Shown in pieces: positions 1 to 12,138 of a stretch of 64,000 bases of DNA. The DNA comes from Takakia lepidozioides (Eukaryota > Plantae > Bryophyta). How positions within the stretch are numbered: position 1 is the stretch's first letter; every line of letters begins with the position of its first letter. The notes under the pieces were generated by a model. That model had not been told where the DNA came from, searched no databases, and saw nothing but the letters and a program-made list of their open reading frames with translations. Position numbers and translations under genes: made by a program. The stretch lies in NCBI GenBank assembly GCA_030704615.1, contig CM060733.1:46500001-46564000 (forward strand), in the 5' to 3' direction.

Positions 1-278
1 TGCTGGTGCATTGTGTGGAAGGAAAGCAACGGTCGTGCGCAGTGGTCGCTGCTTACATGATATTTGCAATGGGGCTTACCACTTCGCAGGCCAAAGACTA
101 CATCCTCAACAAACGCCCGGAGGCGTTTGACTCTGGTACCCGCATGAACTTTGCACCAGCATTGGAGCGTTGGGAGAAGACTGCAAGGAGCAGAAGCACG
201 TCAGCGACGGAGAAGAATTATTTACATGCCGGTACCCGTTCTGGATCAAAAGGCTCAAAAGTCCATCAGTCCTACTAA
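1..278 (+). CDS. Dual-specificity protein phosphatase, C-terminal part (5' end outside window)
   Basis: LVHCVEGKQRS matches the HCxxGxxRS (CX5R) active-site loop, followed by the typical AVVAAYMI..G.T...A...I..KRP helix pattern. Confidence 0.8.
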   Translation, partial: LVHCVEGKQRSCAVVAAYMIFAMGLTTSQAKDYILNKRPEAFDSGTRMNFAPALERWEKTARSRSTSATEKNYLHAGTRSGSKGSKVHQSY

Positions 279-1229
279 ACATGCACGCAAGCGTTAGAGT
301 GCAGATGATGGAGGTTGGTAGTCGAGGAGGCGGCCCTTAGGGCGTGCAGAATTTCATGCCTTCCCCTGATCTTATGGCAAGATTGAGCAATTGGACTCAA
401 TTTACTTTTGAAGAGAAGCATGTGAGATCTGTGTATTTCGGAAAATTTGCTGGATACGTAGGCATGATCGATGGGCTTCGTGGCCTCGGTGAATGTAAGA
501 GAACTATTTATCATGAGTACTGGCATCCGGAGTTAGGGGTTTTGGGGCTATGGGTTAGAGCTCTCGTGGGAAGTAATATAGTAATTTGATGTCAATTGGT
601 CTCTTTGGAGTGATGATGATGATGATGGAGTTGCCTGCACGATTGGTGTCGTGGGATTTAGATAGCAGGCAACAACGGAGAAGGTTTTTGAGGTGTGTGG
701 GGCACAGGTGAGTGAGTTTTGACTTCCATACACCTGTTGAATGTCTTTGTGCAAGTCTTGTGTTGAACTACTGTGGTCATGCTTCAATTCATGGGGTCTC
801 CTTCACATCATCATACATCATTGACAAGCAATATTTGATAAGTAGATAGTCACATTTTCCCCGAGTTCAAGTAACAGGTTGTGAACTCTACACCCCAGTG
901 CTGAAAGGAAGGATATACTTAAACTGCTACTAGCGGGCTTTTTGACGCACTGTTTATGTGTGACCAGGCTGTATGTGCGAACACACTCTTCGAGTCTCCA
1001 TGGCCTATTTACCCTTCGTTATCCGTGCTATGGTCCTCTCATGAAGGAAGGAGCAGTGTACAAATCAAGTGTTCATCATCATTAGTTTGGATAAAGTCGT
1101 CCCCGAGTGCCAACGCTTCATGTATGTAACAGATGCCCGTTGTCATGGGAAGAGGTGGATGCGGTTTGTCTCTCCCGGGTGAAAATGTGACTGACATGGA
1201 TGAAGTACGATTCAGGAAAAGCTTAGAAG

Positions 1230-1294
1230 ATTGAAGAACTTTGGGAGAAGTATTTTGCGAACCCTTCCCAGCGGTGGGACAACGAAGTTAACAA
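1230..1294 (+). pseudogene. Fragment resembling the PDF motif of organellar ssDNA-binding (OSB) proteins
   Basis: Translates IEELWEKYFANPSQRWDNEVNK, then a GT donor; compare the consensus LW..FF.NP..WWDNR..K. An in-frame stop lies just upstream. Confidence 0.5.
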
Positions 1295-1789
1295 GGTATC
1301 GCTGGGGCTACCAGTCAGTTGATGATAGAAATTCAATGCAAGTACGCAAAGAACAGATTCTACGCTTTCTGTTTCACAGAGTGTCCACAACCTTATACAA
1401 GCCAGAACTATTCTCCTCACTTGTTATGTAGATGGTCAAGCACAATGATGTGGAGCACTTGTAATTCCTCTTTGGACTCTTTTGGAGTGAGCCAGAGTAC
1501 ATTGTAGAGATTTCAGTATGAGATGGGGTGGTTCCTTGGACTTATCAGGTGGTCACTGGTGCAAATTTGTAGCATCCAGTGATGTGAAGGTGAGTTTTCC
1601 TGAGTCATTAACTGCTTCACGGATGTTCATGAGTACATGCAATGTACTTGGAATCAAGTTGGACAGACCTGACAAGGTAGTGAAGAAGAAAGTGCAGGCA
1701 GCTTTTGGTGTGCCAAAGGAGCCGAGTAATGTGGTCACTGGGGACCAAATTCTTAGTAAGGACTTGAGTGAAATCAGAAATGATTCTCC

Positions 1790-2236
1790 TTTGTTGCTCA
1801 CAAAAAGCATATATCGCAGCATATCAGGCTGAAGATGCAATGGAATTTTTCAATTATATGTGCCAAGAAGGTATGCACTTGGATTGGATTACTTACTTGA
1901 GCATCTTGACAGCATTTGGCAGTACAGCAGCTTTGAAATGGGGCAAAGAAGTTCATCCGTGCATCAGATATGATGGCCTTGAATCATATGTGCGTGTAGG
2001 ACCTGCTCTTTCTCTAGATGCGACAGGAAGGCTTCAAACCAAATGCAATCACTTTCGTGAGCATACTGAATGCATGTGCAAGCGCAGGGGCTTTGGAGTG
2101 GGTGGAGGTTCATAGCCATGTCCTGGAAGCAGGATTTGAGTCAAATTTGCATGTGTCCAGTGCACTTGTTCACATGTACTATGCAAAGTGTGGCAGTATC
2201 GATGATGCCAGACTGGTTTTTGCAAAGAATGTCTGA
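1790..2236 (+). pseudogene. PLS-class pentatricopeptide repeat (PPR) gene fragment, frameshifted
   Basis: MCQEGMHLDWITYLSILTAFGSTAALKWGKEVH and MRQEGFKPNAITFVSILNACASAGALEW-EVHSHVLEAGFESNLHVSSALVHMY-AKCGSIDDARLVF are typical L/S motifs, split over different frames. Confidence 0.88.
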
Positions 2237-3570
2237 GAATTGTTCAAGAGCCGGAATCAAGGAGGGCTGGAACCCTTATATACCCACCATTTTGAATGAG
2301 AATATGACTCTGGCACTACGTGTGTATTCATTGTGATGTACTATTATTTCATACATTCAGAATGCATAAACACTTCTATTATAAATGGTTATTTGAATTG
2401 AGTAATATCATGGCTTGTGTTACCTCAAAGAAGGAAGGGTATGATAGACAATTGAACAAAATATGCAAAGCCGAGGAGAAGCGGTTTGCAGTGTGTTGGA
2501 TACAGTGTGCAGTTTGGTCTTGGAGGCAATCAATTTTGTATTTACTCTTGTCATCCACTTGTAAGGTCATTCAGAAGATTTTGGGCTGATAAGTCCTTTT
2601 GAATTTTTTTTAATCAACATTCCTGGTCGACCTTGTCTTACTGTTATGAATTGGGAGCAACCAAAAATTTTAACAAAGATAGAGTGTAACACATACACAA
2701 TTAACGAAGATGTAAACAATAAATGATAAAATTACAAAATCAACACAGAGGTTTGGCACCATAACATTCATTAGCATACTCAAGGTTGGCCCTAGGCGGT
2801 GCAGAATGTGATGCATGGGATCTAGAATCTAACTTTAACTAAATTTGGGGACAGACAATTGTTGGCCATCGAGGGTGTGAAGCTTGCCACATATAGCTGG
2901 GCTCAAAAGATCTTGGATTTCAACATAGAATATTTGTTGTGCTAAATAGTCTATCCAAAAACCATCCTAGTGAAAGCTAATGAATGTTATGATGTAACAA
3001 TTATGAAGTTGATCAATCACAATGATGCAAAATAATCATCAAGCATAGTTTGACGTAAACTTTCGCATTCAGTTGTGGAGCTGGTACTCGATGCGTTTCA
3101 TAGCGTAATATTGGACTAAAATAAATTTGTATTTAGTTCGTTGTACTCTTCCATCAAGAAACAAACCACAACTAGATAAGTTTTACTTTACTAACTTCAC
3201 GTGACATTGTACACTTCCATGTTGAGTTAAATCCACTCGTTATACGAGTCAAATGGATGAAACTTCATTTCATCATCACGATGGGGGTTTTCACAATATC
3301 CATTGGGTGCGCTTATTTCGGAAAGAGAAAATGTAGCAAACAATTTAACGGAATTTTACATATTATGATTTTCATATTATGTGTATGTTTGCTCTGTTGA
3401 ACTGCCTGACATTAGAATTTTTCTGGAGAACAGCTTGATGGAGAACAGGGGGTTGTATACGCCTCTTCCAGAATATTGGTTGTGGTTGTAAAACCCAACT
3501 ACAACAATCATGAAGCTATTGCCCAATTGGAGCGACAATTGTGATGTAGTCTATACAAGAGCCAATCTAA

Positions 3571-4009
3571 GGGCCGTACCACACTACTGGCACACCAACT
3601 ACACTAATGTGGACGTTGCAGCCTAGGGATTGTTGATGATATAGGTCCATGTCACCAAGCGGCAATGAATTGGTTACCACACTATAGTAGACCCAACGGC
3701 AAAAGAATCGCAACCACCTTGTCTTTCATTCTAAAAATAACCAATTCCTAGAAACGTGTTGCGGGAGAATCCTGTCAGGACAAAGTGTCTTCCTAAAATT
3801 GTGGATTTCCAGGGGACACTACCTGGAAATCCGTATTTTTAGGGAATGTGACATGTAGGCGCCAAGTCTAAGCCATGTCAACGCCTCTCCGCCGGCAGCA
3901 GCACTAGTGTGGTAGGCAGAGCGGCACACTGCCCTCCCTTAAACCAATAGGAGGGTCTGAAATTGAGTGCCGCTGCCCCTCTTGCCGCTACTGTAGTACG
4001 GCCCGGCCC
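3571..4009. mobile_element. PIF/Harbinger (Tourist)-like MITE
   Basis: Imperfect TIRs GGGCCGTACCAC... / ...GTAGTACGGCCC(GGCCC), flanked by TAA on both sides. Confidence 0.5.
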
Positions 4010-4281
4010 TAAGAGCGTCTCCAACAATGTCTTTATACTTTGGTCCTCAATCACTAATGTCCCAAGCAATGGCCAATGTCTTTATTCACATCCCCAAGGT
4101 TTGAAGCCCCACTCCTCTCAATACACTTGGTTATTAGACTCCATCACATATTATTTCCTTAAATAAAAGGCCTTAAGTGGTCCCCGCTTGTCATAGTTGT
4201 TCCAAAAAAAGCAAGTCAAGGCTTAGACTCTCCCAACATATCTCATGGAATATATTTAAATAGAGAGGTAGCTTGTAGTAG

Positions 4282-4900
4282 CCAACTATTTTTTAATAAT
4301 AGCGTCTTCAATGCGCCTGTGGGCCCCGCCTATACGGCCCGGGCGTTAGCTCATAAGCGCACCACCCCGGGCCGCCCAGCCCAGGGGTCCATTGAATAGT
4401 CTAGTATGTTCTTGAGAGTCTATTGAAGGGTCCTCTAGAGTCTAGTCCACTCTGCAAGTCCGCTGGAGGGTCCACTCTACGTGCAGAGTGGACTGTGAGT
4501 CCACCTGCCCAGTCCGCTGGAAAGTCCGCCGCCGTAGAAAATTTCAGAAAGAACCATTATACAAAACAAAAAATAACACACAATACAACGGCCCATTACC
4601 ACCTGACAAGAGTTGAACACGAAATCTTGTGCTTGCTATGCATTGTTTTTAACCACCACACTATCCACTGCTTTCAACTAACCTTGGAAGTAACTAATCT
4701 TTATATCTGCATTCCCAGTACATGTTTTATGTGTTTTATGGGCCGCAGCAGACCTGCTTGCCCGGCAGACCTAGTAGCAGACTCAGCCGCAGCGGACCCT
4801 CCGGGTGTTGGGGCACTCCCACCCTCTCTGCTACACGTGGGTCCCACCGCAGGTACATGCGTGCGCATTGAAGTCGTTATTATCTTTCAATGAGAAGCTC
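4282..4900. mobile_element. ~610 bp non-autonomous DNA element, copy A (same family as 11527-12138)
   Basis: Colinear similarity to 11527-12138. Subterminal inverted repeat ATAATAGCGTCTTCAATGCGC / GCGCATTGAAGTCGTTATTAT. Confidence 0.75.
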
Positions 4901-5266
4901 CAAGTATCACCCCTCTTCAAAAATGCTCTTTCTATTTATTGACACCCCACTACTTTGGGATAATCTAATACCATTGTATATATTGGTATACGAAATGATC
5001 CAAGTTCCAATGCTTGGACCTGATTGGTATGCCAAAAACTCAATACCAAACCAATATTGGTATTAACCCTATGCATATTCCTTGTTTGTTTCTTTTGGCC
5101 ACATAGCAGACATGGACTATATGATGCGGAGGGGACAGATGTGAATACTGCGGACATCTCCGGCCCAAAGTTATCTTAGTTATTTCTCTTGATTTGGCAT
5201 ATATATATATATGTATTGCAAAGGGCTTTCGCAACATTTTTTTTTTTCTTTGGGAAATAAGTTATC

Positions 5267-5422
5267 ATATATATATATATATATAACGCCTCCTGAAGGA
5301 AGCGTAACTTATGGAGTCACTTCACCCCAAAGGTGGACACCTTCATGACACACCAGACCGTGGTTTGAACCCACATCCACACCCAACGTGGTATGTACCC
5401 ATTACCACTGGGCTACATGCTC
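5267..5422 (-). mobile_element. tRNA-derived SINE
   Basis: Minus strand has A-box TAGCCCAGTGG and B-box GGTTCAAACC about 35 nt apart, and ends in a (TA)n tail. A related 3' segment recurs at ~56841-56870. Confidence 0.65.
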
Positions 5423-5437
5423 GTTGTCAATAAGTTA

Positions 5438-6265
5438 TCAATATATGAAGCGAGAAGTTTGTTTTGTTTTGTTTTGTTTGTTTTGTAGATTTGAGACGTC
5501 CCAAACCGCGGGGCCCACCCTGAGTGCTTGGTTCCGTTGGAAAGCCCTCGACAAGGAGGGGTGCACGGGCTTGGTCTCACAGTTTTTGGACATGCGGTGT
5601 GGGAGATGTGGAATTTCAAGTACTTTGGGTCGCCGGAAATTCACGAAAAATTGCAAAATGGGCATTCCTGGGACAATGGTTGGAGCCTCGACGGGAGAGA
5701 TATTAAGGGAAAGGTCTCCGGTTCAAATCTGGTCGTAGGGTATGTGGAAAAAAAATGCATTTGGACTTAGATGACATAGGACACTTGGGCCAACGGCAAG
5801 CTACCCTAGAGACGGGAGACATATCAATAATGACTGGATATTACTACTCAATAAATTCATGAAAAAAAAAAAATGAGACCTTGACATGGGAGACGTACTT
5901 GGATACATAGGAGATTGCACACTGGGCCTCGACATAGGAGACGCACATGGGAGACGCACTTGGATATATAGGAGATGCACTTGGATACATAGGATATCGC
6001 ACTTGGGCTTAGATGACAGTGGACACTTGGGCCTCTACATGGGAGATGCACTTGGGCGTAGATGGGCCTTGACATAGGAGACACACAGGGATACATAGGA
6101 AATTGCACTTGGTCTTAGATTCCAATTTTTCACACATGGGCCAACGGCAGAGGCTACCCTAGAGGTCGTATTTGGGCGTAGACATGAGAGGCGTACTTGG
6201 ATACATAGGAGATTGCACTTGGACATAGGAGATTACACTTGGGCCAACAGCACAGGCTACCCTAG
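5438..6265 (+). mobile_element. Non-autonomous Helitron with ~22-bp minisatellite and three 3' termini
   Basis: Begins A|TC (TCAATATATGAAG) and ends with a GCC-AAC-GGC-type hairpin (GCC-AAC-AGC in the last copy) plus CTACCCTAG|T. Internal copies of the same terminus at ~5783-5808 and ~6135-6162. Array of ACTTGGATACATAGGAGATTGC-like units. Confidence 0.7.
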
Positions 6266-6302
6266 TGCTTGTAAATTGAAGGCATAATGTTTTGGCTACC
6301 AC

Positions 6303-6588
6303 CAATGTTTTTAAATCTAGCGAAAAATCACCAGATTTTGACCTAAAAAATGGGTCGGCTACTTTTATAATGGAATTATGGGACTAAAAATCGAAAACAT
6401 CGCCAAAATGCGCCAATGGGTAAATATCAAGAGCCAGAATTTTCCTATGTAGACCTGTTAAAATATGACACCTGTTATATAGCCACTTCTTTAAGCTTGT
6501 CACCTCGTTAGTCTCGCCACATGGGCACTGCGTAGAATTTACATGTAGCCTTTCTGGCGATTTTGGAAAAGTGAAAAAAAAAACACTA
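6303..6588. mobile_element. hAT-like MITE
   Basis: TIR CAATGTTTTT / AAAAACACTA with degenerate 8-bp TSD GCTACCAC/GCTGCCGC; same family as 18934-19207. Confidence 0.55.
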
Positions 6589-6768
6589 GCTGCCGCTCAT
6601 TTTTAAATATTTAACATTTTATATTATCTATTATTTATACCCAGGTTGATAACTGGCTAGTATTACCTTCAGAATACTACCAGTTTGCAAATCCAAAATC
6701 ATGCTTTTATTGAGAGCCAATGAATGTTAAGAGTTAATGACAATTTTAGTTTAATGTTTAATAAAGGA

Positions 6769-6944
6769 TAAAGGATAAAGTTCCTTTAACGTCCAATGAA
6801 TTTACAGAGCCTACTGCTGATCAATACACAGTGCCCCATCGTGCGCCAATGGACGGTTTGAAGGCACATGTTGAGGGATTGAACCCCGGATCACCCAGGT
6901 TATGCACAGGCAAGGCACAAATACCCAACCACTAGACTACCTGC
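6769..6944 (-). mobile_element. tRNA-derived SINE with 18-bp TSD
   Basis: A-box TAGTCTAGTGG and B-box GGTTCAATCC on the minus strand. Perfect TSD TTAATGTTTAATAAAGGA at 6751-6768 and 6945-6962. Short repeat tail. Confidence 0.8.
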
Positions 6945-8301
6945 TTAATGTTTAATAAAGGAGAAACACCCGGGAGTTAGCCTACCACACAAATGAGACC
7001 CTTTAGATATAGTGAGAGGAGAAAATAACCTAATTAGACACCACCCATAGGAAGGGGAGGGTTGTCAAAGAGTTGTAATAAGCAATTTGTCATGCTCTAC
7101 TAGGAGTTGCAAAACAACTAAGTTGGAAATAAAAAAGAGAACATTTCAGAGTCGCACAAAACTTAAAACGTTGCAATTAGCTGTGACCTCTAGCCAGGGG
7201 TTTCAAAATAAGGTTGGCTTTCATATCTTATGTTGTCAGATTTGCAATTTCTAGATCTGTGACGTTTCCTAATGACCAAGTAGAAATCTTAGATGAGTTG
7301 CAGATATGAATGGTTGGATGAGTGGATAATAGCCCTTCTGCAATATTTAAGTTGTTAAATCGTCACGAATCTCCGCCCCTCCTTGTCACTTATTGTTTTT
7401 TAGCATTAGTTCCTTGAAAGCGAGCTTCAAGAGTTCCGGTAAGAGTAGTTTATTGCACAGAATGCCAAAGACAACTTTAAAAGTCCAACTAAAACATTTA
7501 TGTCAATTGGAAAGGCAATGTGAAATATTTTCAACTTTCTTTCAAGGATTTGATTGAATCGAAGTAGTAGACGCTATTATCTTATAATGATGTATGTTGA
7601 TATCTAGCAGCCTACTATTTTGTTCTTCTATTTGTTTATTTATGACATTCATTATTAGCTAGCTTGAAACAAATAAAACTAAAAATTGCAATAGTTTGGA
7701 GAACCATACCTAAACTTTGTACGGGCCCTAAAATCCATCGTTACTAAGCACAATGCCCATTTTTACATACACTAGAATCCCCCCAACGTTATTCAAACAC
7801 ATCAAATGTGAATCAATGCAAGGTACTCAATGCTCATCTTCACGAGTCTTTTTATTTCAGATTCTCTCACTTTGTAATGTCCACCTCAATGGACTCTGTG
7901 GAGAGCAATATGCCTTGTAAATGTGATGGATGTTTAACACACTTTGTTTTTTTAATCCATTATGGACCCTCCATCCCCTGTTCTAAAAATAAAAATAAAA
8001 AAACCAAACCGGGACCGCAAATTGAGGTTGTCTGCAGCTTGGAGTTACGCATAAATTTCTCTCTTTCCAACCGCCACCAATGATCGTTGCAAGTCCATTG
8101 AACTGGTCAAAACACCTTGAGCTCCATTTTAATGGGCAATTCAATTGAATTGCGCGCACACTGAACTCAATTGAATTGGAATATGTATTTAATAATTTAT
8201 CATCGTATATATTATGTATACCCATAAAAAATTATATGTCATTACAGATATGTTATACACATGGCAATACTATATTTAAAAATGGAGGACACTAGGCATA
8301 A

Positions 8302-8625
8302 CTAGGGTAGCCTGTGCCGTTGGCCCAAGTGTCCAGTGTCATCAGCTAAGTCCAAGTGCAATCCCCTATGTATCCAAGAACGTCAGATCATATGTCGAGG
8401 CCCAAGTGCGACATCTAGGGTAGCCTCTGAAATATAAGACCAAGTGCAATTTCCTATGTATCCCAGTGCGTCTCCTATGTCAAGGCCCATCTAAGCCCAA
8501 GTGAAATCTTCTATGTATCCAAGTGCATCTCCCGTGTAGAGGCCCAAAATGTCCATTGTCATCTAAGCCCAAGTGCAATCTCCTATGTATCCAAGTGCAA
8601 TCCCCTATGCATCCAGAGACCCTAC
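8302..8625 (-). mobile_element. 3' part of the same Helitron family as 5438-6265
   Basis: Minus strand ends CTTGGGCCAACGGCACAGGCTACCCTAG|T, with the same 22-bp array and an internal terminus at ~8414. Confidence 0.7.
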
Positions 8626-9410
8626 AGTTTGTGAGATCTCATGTCATTGTTCCACCAATAGAATCATAGCATGGTGTTGCATTTCTCTTTTCGCCACCCA
8701 ATCTTTTGGTCGTCATTGTCATATACAAACAAATAATCGGACATTGAGATACCTACAACATTCAAAAGGTTCCCATCATTCTGATAAAGATGTTTTGACT
8801 TGTGGATAGTAGCATATCGAGGCACCAACAATTGATTGTACATATTTTGCATCAAATTATGGTGAATTTTGGGGCCATGTATCTATAGAAAGATGAGGAT
8901 GATGCCCAACTAAAGTCGACATAAATAAGAGCCTCTTCATCTTTAGGGTAGCGGACTCCCTTTTATGTTTTCTACACACACAGATATGTTGGTTACATGA
9001 ATTATTTCATAGAGTTTAGATCATGTACTACCAATAATCCCGATCTCATCTTCCTCGTCATTGTAGACTACATTTACGCAGAAATACCATCCGGAGCCAA
9101 TCGCTTCGTCAAACTGTCTCACACATAAAATAAGTAGATATAGCTTTTGTACAAATTGGACATCTCTATCAAATGTTTCCAAATAATAATTTGGTCAACT
9201 TTGAGGTTTTTGATGAAGTTGGTGTTAGTTAAGCGATGCATGTATTTATTTAATTCGTTTTTTCTATTCATGGTTTTTTAATAATTAAACATTATAAATA
9301 TGCTATATGGATCAGTGTACATGTGCATGGATTCGAAATCTTCATACATGTAGAACGGATTCTTTTGGAACTTACTTTCCATCTCAAGTAATTTTTAGGC
9401 AAAATTTCAT

Positions 9411-9875
9411 ATGTTGAATATCTATTTGTTTCAGCTGAAGAGCTTGCATATTGTTCAAATTCAAAAGTAACATATTGAAACATTGTCCCCAGGTCAAAGT
9501 CATGTGGTCGTTCACTATCACACATGTCAAGCAAAAATAGTTATTTGACATAAATTCAATTACTAATGTTGAATATCTATTCGTTTCAGCTGATGAGCTT
9601 GCATATTGTTCAAATTCAAAAGTAACAGATTGAAACATTGTCCCCAGGTCAAAGTCATGTGGTCGTTCACTATCACACATGTCAAGCAAAAATAGTTATT
9701 TGACATAAATTCCATTACTAATGTTGAATATCTATTCGTTTCAGCTGATGAGCTTGCATATTGTTCAAATTCAAAAGTAACAGATTGAAACATTCTCCCC
9801 AGGTCAAAGTCATGTGGTCGTTCACTATCACACATGTCAAGCAAAAATAATTATTTGACATAAATTCAAATACTA
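9411..9875. repeat. Three near-identical tandem copies of a 155-bp unit (intron end plus most of one protease exon)
   Basis: Units start ATGTTGAATATCTATT at 9411, 9566 and 9721. Confidence 0.95.
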
Positions 9876-11526
9876 ATTTATTTTAATCACTTCTATTATT
9901 CTTGAGCCAAGGTTGCACAATCACAAGTCATCCGTCATGTTGATATTATTTTATCTGATTTTATATACTTTTGTGTGATCTATATGCACCATAAACAAAA
10001 TATTTTATTTTTTTGAAGCCGAATTGGCAGGCTAAATATCAACATAAGATGATATTAGTATTGCAATAGGAAATGAAAAATACAAGTTGGTAATCTCCCT
10101 CTAACCTTTCCTTGTTTCTCCATTTTTTCTTTTGATATTTTCACAATATGTTTAAATTATTTATTTATGAGATTCATTCATCAAAGAAAAAAATATAATA
10201 TGAGTAACTGATGAGTTAATATGGGCCCATAAGCATATTCTGATGAAAGTCTGACAGCCAAAAGGATATACTAAAATTGAATATGTGATTCAAGTTAGTT
10301 ACTACCGTAGATTACGATCTTTCTCGTGATACGAACACGAACGATCTGCATTCGTTTCCGGATCGAGTCCTTCTATGTAACCATGAGAGAGAGCAATATC
10401 TTTTATCTGATCCCTACACGTGAAATACATGAGTTAAATCGTTCATAGTTTGAAAATGCATATTTAGAATATCTAAATATTTAAAAATAGATATTATGTG
10501 AATGAATGAAATTTAATGGTAATACAAGGTCATGGACTTACGATTACATATAATGGGTACCAAAATTTACTTGCCAAAAATGTGGGCTCAATGCTAGAAT
10601 CAAGGATATTATGATATATTGGCCAGTCATCTTGATTGCTTAACAATGTTGAATCTTCTATTGTTTGGTTGTGCCCATATTTTAGGGCGACAAATTTTGC
10701 ACGGCAAGCATCACGGTGGCTGCACCAAATCAAATTAATATATTTGTGTATATTGGAGTTTGATAATGTATTGGAGTAACATGGTGTTAAACTAATATAA
10801 TTATATATTAGATATATTATAGTCATATCATAAATATATAGAGTATAAAATTAGTACTGTAAATATATATCTTGAACCCATAAATTTTAGAATCTTTGCT
10901 AAAATAATTGTAGGTCTGTTTCCGATGCATAAATGATCTTTACTCAACCTAGTAACTTACATGAGACTTTCATAAGTGATCTTTTCGATATACTGTAGTA
11001 AAATAATAATAATAATAAATGATGTGAATTTGTAGTGTGTATTAAACTAAAATGTGAGAACTTGAACAGTGCTTTAAAATTTCAGTAAGATTGTATCGAA
11101 GCATAAGTTTACGAACCCATCTACGTTGACCATCCTCGTCCATGTTAGTTCATTTTTCAAAATTAATTCATGATCTCCAAAGAAAAGATAGCCCGATGTT
11201 GCATCATAGTCCTCTTCCAAATTTGCGCTTAGACAAACTCCTATAATGTTTTTGGTTATTAAACCTTTTGTTTTCAATTGCCACTGCAACGTTGACGCAT
11301 CCATGTTTATACCTAATAATCCGTCTGTCTCTTTATTGTCGTTTTCACCTAAGTTGTTATAGTTGTCCATGTTCATTTGCTTATTACTACATGTGCCAAA
11401 CCATTCACAATTGTCACAACATTTATATTTGTGGACTAGCTCATGTCAAATGAGATATACGTTGTTCAAAGTTGTAGAGGGAAACAATAACTTGTGATAA
11501 GATACTGAAAATATGATATGTTCTAG

Positions 11527-12138
11527 CCGACGCTTTTTTAATATTAGCGTCTTCAATACACCTATGGGCCCATGGGGTTACCTCATAAGCCCACCGCCCT
11601 TCCATTGGATAGTCGAATATGCTCTAGAGAGTCTGCTGAAGGGTCCACTTTACAGTCTAGTCCACTCTGCAAGTCCGCTGGAGGGTCCAGTCTACATGCA
11701 TAGTGGACTGTGAGTCCACCTGCCCAGTCCGTTGGAAGGTCCGCCGTTGTAGAAGAACAAGGATTTAGGCAAATTTCAGAAATAACCATTATACAAAACA
11801 AATAATTAATAACACACATTATCATGGCCCATTACCACCTGACAAGAATTGAATACTGAACCTCATGCTCATCATTAGTTGCTCTAAACCACTACACTAC
11901 CCACTACTTTATGCAAACCTTGGAAATAACAAATATTTTATCTGCATTCCCAGTCCATGTTTTATATGTTTTATGGGCCGCAACAGAGGTCTTGCTTGCC
12001 TAGCAGCAGACTAAGCCGCAACGGACCCTCCGACGGGTAGGGGCTCCCACCCTTCGCGACCCCCTCTACTACATGCGAGCCCTGCCGTAGGTACACGCGC
12101 GTGCATCAAAGACGCTATTAGCTTTCAATGAGAAGCTC
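11527..12138. mobile_element. ~610 bp non-autonomous DNA element, copy B, intronic, 8-bp TSD
   Basis: TGTTCTAG directly flanks both ends (11519-11526 and 12139-12146); homologous to 4282-4900. Confidence 0.8.

Noticed and set aside
5340-6945. tRNA genes at the A/B-box sequences
   Set aside because: No full cloverleaf is evident; tails and a TSD indicate SINEs.
5760-8625. Inverted 22-bp arrays as one fold-back element or a CRISPR-like array
   Set aside because: The units are degenerate with no unique spacers. Each array ends in a Helitron hairpin-CTAG, so these are two independent Helitron copies in opposite orientation.
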